From positions 6,176,001 to 6,240,000 of the forward strand of contig CAWAIF010000003.1 in NCBI GenBank assembly GCA_963782055.1: a DNA stretch of 64,000 nucleotides, given 5' to 3'. Shown piece by piece: positions 59,561-64,000 of this stretch. Both the position numbers and the translations under genes were made by a program. Source of the DNA: an uncultured delta proteobacterium. GTDB taxonomy: Bacteria > Myxococcota_A > Polyangia > Polyangiales > Polyangiaceae. Position 1 is the stretch's first letter; each line of letters begins with the position of its first letter. Below the pieces are notes generated by a model. It had not been told where the DNA came from. It saw only the letters and a program-made list of their open reading frames with translations, and ran no database searches.

Positions 59561-60529
59561 GTGTTCATCGTCGATCGCGACGACATTCGCCTCACCCAAA
59601 CGTTCAAGCCAAGAACGGATCCGCTGCTCCTGCGCTCCGACGAACCTTGCCCGTGTGGCAATGGCGCCTTGCTCGGGAAATGTTGCGGACGAAATCGGCT
59701 CTGGCATTGCCCAAGACCCGTCATGCTGCGCGCGAAGGTTCCATCAGTTCGTTTCCGCAATCGTGATTGCTTCGCGTCTTCCGACTGGGGATGCACGTCC
59801 AAAACGTCGTCGGAGCACGTGATGAGCGCGTCGGTGCTGCGCGCATTCACGGGCGGCCGTGAGACGGTCATGATCACCGGCCATCCGTGGCAGAGGGAGA
59901 AGGAGCAGACCGTCGGGATCGGGAACCTCGGCGCAAAGGTTCTCTGCACGAGGCACAACGCGCTATTCAGCCGCCTCGACGATTTCATGGGCCGTACGTT
60001 CACGACGCTGCGGACCGAGACGCGTTCATTGCGTGACGGTGCCGATGGAGCGCGCGTGAGAGCGCAGCTCGTCAACGGGCACGACATCGAGCGATGGATG
60101 CTCAAGGCGCTTTGTGGTCTGCTACGCGTCCGCCCATGCAAGGGCGTCGGCGGCAATCTGTGGCGCCCTCCAGATTCATGGCTCCAGATCGTCAAGGGGG
60201 AGAAATCGTGGCCGCCAGGGTGGGGTCTGTACGTAGATCATGATCCCGGTGTCGCGTGGACGACGATGGTCACGCTGCCGATGATCTCGGAGCCGCCTCG
60301 ACCCCTGCCGATTGGACTCACGATTTGGTTCCATGGTCTGGTTCTGCGGCTGCTTGTGGTCGATCCGCAGCGGGCAACGCTGGTCGGCAGCGGGCCGCGT
60401 TACCACCGTCTCCGCGAGATCCGCTGGTGGTCCGAAGCCGAAGCGTGGTCGTTGCTTCTCGGGTGGAAGCAGGAGAGTCGGAATCCGACAGCACGCTTGA
60501 ATGTGCCCATCACGTTGCACCGCGCCTAG
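59561..60529 (+). CDS. SEC-C motif + HNH-like protein
   Basis: PCPCGNG...KCC; C....C...SSEHVM...LCTRHN..FS.LD. Confidence 0.62.
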   Translation: MFIVDRDDIRLTQTFKPRTDPLLLRSDEPCPCGNGALLGKCCGRNRLWHCPRPVMLRAKVPSVRFRNRDCFASSDWGCTSKTSSEHVMSASVLRAFTGGRETVMITGHPWQREKEQTVGIGNLGAKVLCTRHNALFSRLDDFMGRTFTTLRTETRSLRDGADGARVRAQLVNGHDIERWMLKALCGLLRVRPCKGVGGNLWRPPDSWLQIVKGEKSWPPGWGLYVDHDPGVAWTTMVTLPMISEPPRPLPIGLTIWFHGLVLRLLVVDPQRATLVGSGPRYHRLREIRWWSEAEAWSLLLGWKQESRNPTARLNVPITLHRA

Positions 60530-61314
60530 CGCTTCGCACCTTTGGCTGTTCGAGCGGTCGCGATGTCCACGACCTTCCCGATCGCCTCGCGCATCTCGTG
60601 CTCCCCGGGGGTCGAGTACCTGACGACCATGGCGTCGGTCGCGTGGCCAGAGATGGCCTTCTTCACGACGTGCTCGATACCGGCGGCGCGGGAGAGGTCC
60701 TGGAACGTTCGGCGCCCCGCCTTGGGCGTGATCTTCTTCGTGAGCCCGATCGCCTTCGCGACCTTCGCGAATGGATCCTGTAGCGAAGACGAGCACCGGA
60801 AGCTCCCGCTACGTGCCGGGAAGAGGAGGTCGCTCTCCAGTTGCTCATCGCTCGTGAGTTGGGTCTTGATGTGCCAGTCGAGAACGGCGCACACCTCGGG
60901 CGGGAGCGCGATCCGTTGGTCCAGCTTGGTCTTCGTTCGCTCGACTGCATCGCCCCCGAAGGTGTACGAGCGACGCACAAGAAGGAGGCCCTCACCCGGG
61001 ATGTAGTCGCGGTTCGGGCCTGAGCGACGGAGCGGACGGAGCGTCGAAGGACGATGCCCGATGACAAATGCGAGCAGGGTGATCGCGTAGTGCTGGGGAA
61101 ACCGCTGGCGCATCTTGGCGAGGAAGGCGCGCACTTCCTCGGTGGTCAGGCTGTTGGGCTCCTCGTGCGTGTAGGTCCTGCGCATGTTCGACCGGAATTG
61201 GCCGAGATCGCGGAAGCACCCGTTCAACCACGCGCTAGAGGGCGTGCACAACGCCGCGCTGGATGGCCCTCCGTCGTATGAGGCCACCCCCGAAAACTGA
61301 ACTCGCACAGGCAC
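60526..61314 (-). pseudogene. Tyrosine integrase, catalytic domain only
   Basis: GHRPS, KT, KAGRRT, SGH, RY; N-terminal binding domains absent. Confidence 0.7.
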
Positions 61315-61391
61315 CTGGTCGGCGACCCTCAGAAAATCGAAACGCCACGAAAACTCTCCTTGTGCGTGCGCAATAGGAGGAGAGCCACGCA

Positions 61392-61955
61392 GTGACCGAT
61401 ACTCCCAGGCCGCCGCCGGACAGCTCGATGCCCATCTACCTCGCCCATGAAGATGCCGACGGCCAGGAGCTTCACGTTCGACGGCGACCTGGCCGACCTC
61501 TCAAGATCGCGCCTGCTCCCGATGCCGACCAGGAGGTGTACCTACGCCAACTCAACGCCCGGCGGGAGGACCACATCGAGAGAGATCCAGTGCGTCGTGC
61601 CCGAGCATCCGAGGATCTCCTCCACTCCACGTTGGTCGCGATGGCGGAGGAATGTGCGTCGATCGGGTTCGACGTTCGACATGGCCTCCGCGTGGGACAA
61701 CATCCGAAGCAGATCGAGCAGACGATTTCACGCCACGTCGATGGCGTCTTGAAGATCGCCAACGTGATTCTGACGATGAGGAGGACCGGCATCGAGCCCG
61801 ACATCTCGCCCTCCACGGTCCAGGTCCTCAGGGAACTCTGGATGGACACCGTGGCCGAGGTCGCACGCGGGACGTTGCCGGACGAGTTGGCCGAGAAGGT
61901 CCTGAAGATGTACGAATCGCGGATCGATGGGGCGGCGACTTCCACCACCGACTGA
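61392..61955 (+). CDS. Hypothetical protein
   Basis: AGGAGG RBS, 187-aa coding-like ORF. Confidence 0.55.
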   Translation: MTDTPRPPPDSSMPIYLAHEDADGQELHVRRRPGRPLKIAPAPDADQEVYLRQLNARREDHIERDPVRRARASEDLLHSTLVAMAEECASIGFDVRHGLRVGQHPKQIEQTISRHVDGVLKIANVILTMRRTGIEPDISPSTVQVLRELWMDTVAEVARGTLPDELAEKVLKMYESRIDGAATSTTD

Positions 61956-61974
61956 GCGCTGTCCCGGAAGTACG

Positions 61975-62646
61975 CTACCCGACCAGCCCCTGCTGACCCC
62001 CTCCAGCTCCGTCAATTTGTTGGTCGGCGGGGCTCGATTCCGGAGGAGGTTTTCGGGACGACGCCAGCGTGGCCGCCAGCGTGGACTTCGGGATCTTCAA
62101 CGCGATGGAGATCGCCCTCAGCGTCCGGCCCTCGATCCTCATCGCCCTGGCCTTCGCGACCGTCTCCGGATCCATCCTGGGCGGACGACCCCAAGAGCCC
62201 CCCTCCGCCTCGATCCGCTCACGGGCAGCGGCGATTCGCTCCCCCAGCGCCAACCTCTCCATCTTGGCGGCCCAGGCCATCACCGAGATGATGATCTCCG
62301 CAGCCGGGCCGCTCAAGTCGAACCCGTCTGCCACGCTTACCACCTCGATTCCGGCCGTTCGCAGCCCCTCCAGGGTCGTCAACGTGTCGGCGATGCCCGT
62401 TCGGGTCAGGCAATCCAACCGAAACAAGTAGAGGCGATGACCTCGAAGGCGACCCGCACGAGCTTCCCGCAGAAGGCGTTGAAGCTCCGGTCGGTCCATC
62501 GTCTTGGCAGACCGCTTCTCCGCGAACCAGGTGCCGATCGAGTCACCTCGGGCGGCGGCAGCTCGTTCGATGGCGGCCCGTTGGGTCGCGTGGTCCTGGG
62601 CCCGCGAGGACACGCGAATGTAGGCGGTGGAACCGGCGATACCCAT
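61975..62646 (-). CDS. Serine recombinase (resolvase/invertase) with C-terminal HTH; DRxxR motif altered to DCLTR
   Basis: AYIRVSS, RPEL, ER..LGER, GRPP, HTH. Confidence 0.88.
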   Translation of the reverse strand: MGIAGSTAYIRVSSRAQDHATQRAAIERAAAARGDSIGTWFAEKRSAKTMDRPELQRLLREARAGRLRGHRLYLFRLDCLTRTGIADTLTTLEGLRTAGIEVVSVADGFDLSGPAAEIIISVMAWAAKMERLALGERIAAARERIEAEGGSWGRPPRMDPETVAKARAMRIEGRTLRAISIALKIPKSTLAATLASSRKPPPESSPADQQIDGAGGGQQGLVG

Positions 62647-63051
62647 CCCCCTACAACACCGTGGCAACCGCCTGGATCAAGGTCGAGGAGCCGATGGCGA
62701 CGGGGGTCGGCATGATTCTCTCTCCTCTACAGAAGTCCTTGCCAGCGACACTAGCGATCCAGTACCCCCTCCAGGGGCGGACACTGATCGCTGGCGTCGC
62801 TGGAGGTCGGGCTCCCCTGGGCGGGGGCCCGATCATCACCTCGGCCTCGTCGATCTCGGATCCGGGCGCGACTCCGAACGTCGAGGGCGCCGAAGCGTGC
62901 TGACCACCACGGGCTCCCGGCATCGCCGCGATGGTGGTCTCCCGGGCGGTGAAGATCACCATGATGAAATACGCTCGATTATCTGGCCGGTCCTCCGTCC
63001 ACGCCGGTACAGCCCGTTCGGTGGGCACTCGCACGGCGATCGGCCGATCCC

Positions 63052-63380
63052 CGAAACTGCGGAACCGACCCCACCCCCAAGAACGGGTCCCATCCCGTCC
63101 GGCAGCTTCGCGAAATTTGGGTCGTCGGCGAATTCGACGAGATCGCCCCCACCCCCATCAAGTGGGTCCCATCCAGGCTGCCCGGGCGGGCTCACGAAAT
63201 TTGGGTCGTCGGCGAATTCGGCGATCGCCCCCACCCCCATCAAGTGGGTCCCATCCCGCACGCTCGGGCAGCTTCGCGAAATTTGGTTCGGCGGCTACTT
63301 CGACGGGATCGACCCACCCCCTCAAAAGGGGCCCCATCCAGGCTGCCCGGGTGGGCTCGCGAAATGTTGGTCGGCGGACC
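63052..63380. repeat. Imperfect 82-84-bp tandem array (three full units plus two partial)
   Basis: CGAAA unit starts at 63052, 63111, 63195, 63277 and 63360. Confidence 0.85.
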
Positions 63381-63705
63381 CCGGGCCGAGGACCCCAAAA
63401 CAGTCCTGAGGCGGGCGTGGGTGTCCCTCGTCGTCGTGAGCACAACTTCGTGTCGCGCAGCTCGTGCAGAGCAGGGCGCCCGGCCAACTGTTCCGGGCGC
63501 CCTCCTCGTCACCGACGACTACTTCGACGGCGGAGCGTTGTCTCTGCCGCCACCCGACGGATTCGGCGTCGTGCTCGGCCAGTTGCCCCCGTAGCCTTGG
63601 CCGCCCTTGGGGACTCCGCCGCCCTTCGGACCCCCCACCGCTACTTCCCTTGCCCATGACGTGCGGGCTATCGATTGTGGCGACCACAACGGCTACTCTC
63701 GTCAG

Positions 63706-64000
63706 GTCTCTGCTTAGCGGCCGGAAGACGGCCCGCGGCCCGGGCGTGACGTCGACCGTCGGAGGACTCGCCGGCTAGTGGGCAAAGACAGACGGAGGCG
63801 GCTTGCCGTGGAGGTGACTTTCGTACAGCCCGATGACGAAGCCCCGAAGCGGGAGCTGGCACTTGCGCCGCGTCTGCGTGATGCTCATCCAGTGCGCCAG
63901 GGTGGCGCTGCCGGCGGCCGAGCGCGTTCCGCCGGTCATCGCGCGGTGCCGCCCGTGGGCGCGGATGTCGCGTTCGGTCGCGTTGTTCGTGGCCGGGACG
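63706..64000 (-). mobile_element. Right end of another IS66 copy (transposase 3' end, stop at ~63775); runs off the window
   Basis: Reverse complement of ~27022-27316; IR GTCTCTGCTTAGCGG. Confidence 0.92.

Larger units (their letters stand above)
58385..64000. mobile_element. tRNA-Val-anchored genomic island (degenerate; continues beyond the window)
   Basis: Abrupt GC drop after the tRNA, TTCACACGACC direct repeat at ~58432-58454, integrase and resolvase remnants. Confidence 0.7.

Noticed and set aside
63052..63380. CRISPR array
   Set aside because: The variable parts recur (A/B alternation) instead of being unique spacers, the repeats are degenerate, and there are no cas genes in the window.

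Overview
High-GC window, most likely from a myxobacterium (Polyangiaceae-like; inferred from the Cys-rich 'DAG/DGG'-linker lipoproteins, the Ser/Thr kinase and codon usage). It has three zones. (1) 1-~31,200 is a heavily rearranged accessory island. It holds three copies (one internally deleted) of a tyrosine-recombinase + IS91-type HUH/Y2 transposase element with elaborate conserved ends. A group IIC intron sits in one of those end sites and is itself hit twice by an IS4. Also present are ISL3 x2, IS4 x3, IS66, IS256 and ISKra4 elements. The cargo is three divergent paralogous operons (Asp-box/sialidase-like beta-propeller lipoprotein plus two small Cys-rich lipoproteins) and a polymorphic-toxin tip/immunity remnant. 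(2) ~31,300-58,384 is core-like: thrS, Kir channel, C45 peptidase, thiolase, crcB, two-component/GGDEF genes and a kinase. It also has two near-identical MarR cassettes linked to a 32-bp palindrome and an ABC-ATPase/TOPRIM-like pair. (3) 58,385-64,000 is a decaying island at tRNA-Val(GAC) with HEPN-like and SEC-C/HNH genes, damaged recombinases, an ~83-bp tandem array and an IS66 running off the window. The best candidate for an undescribed system is the Int/IS91 element together with its convergently oriented polymorphic lipoprotein cassettes. All family calls are by eye from motifs. Several single-base frameshifts could be sequencing errors.
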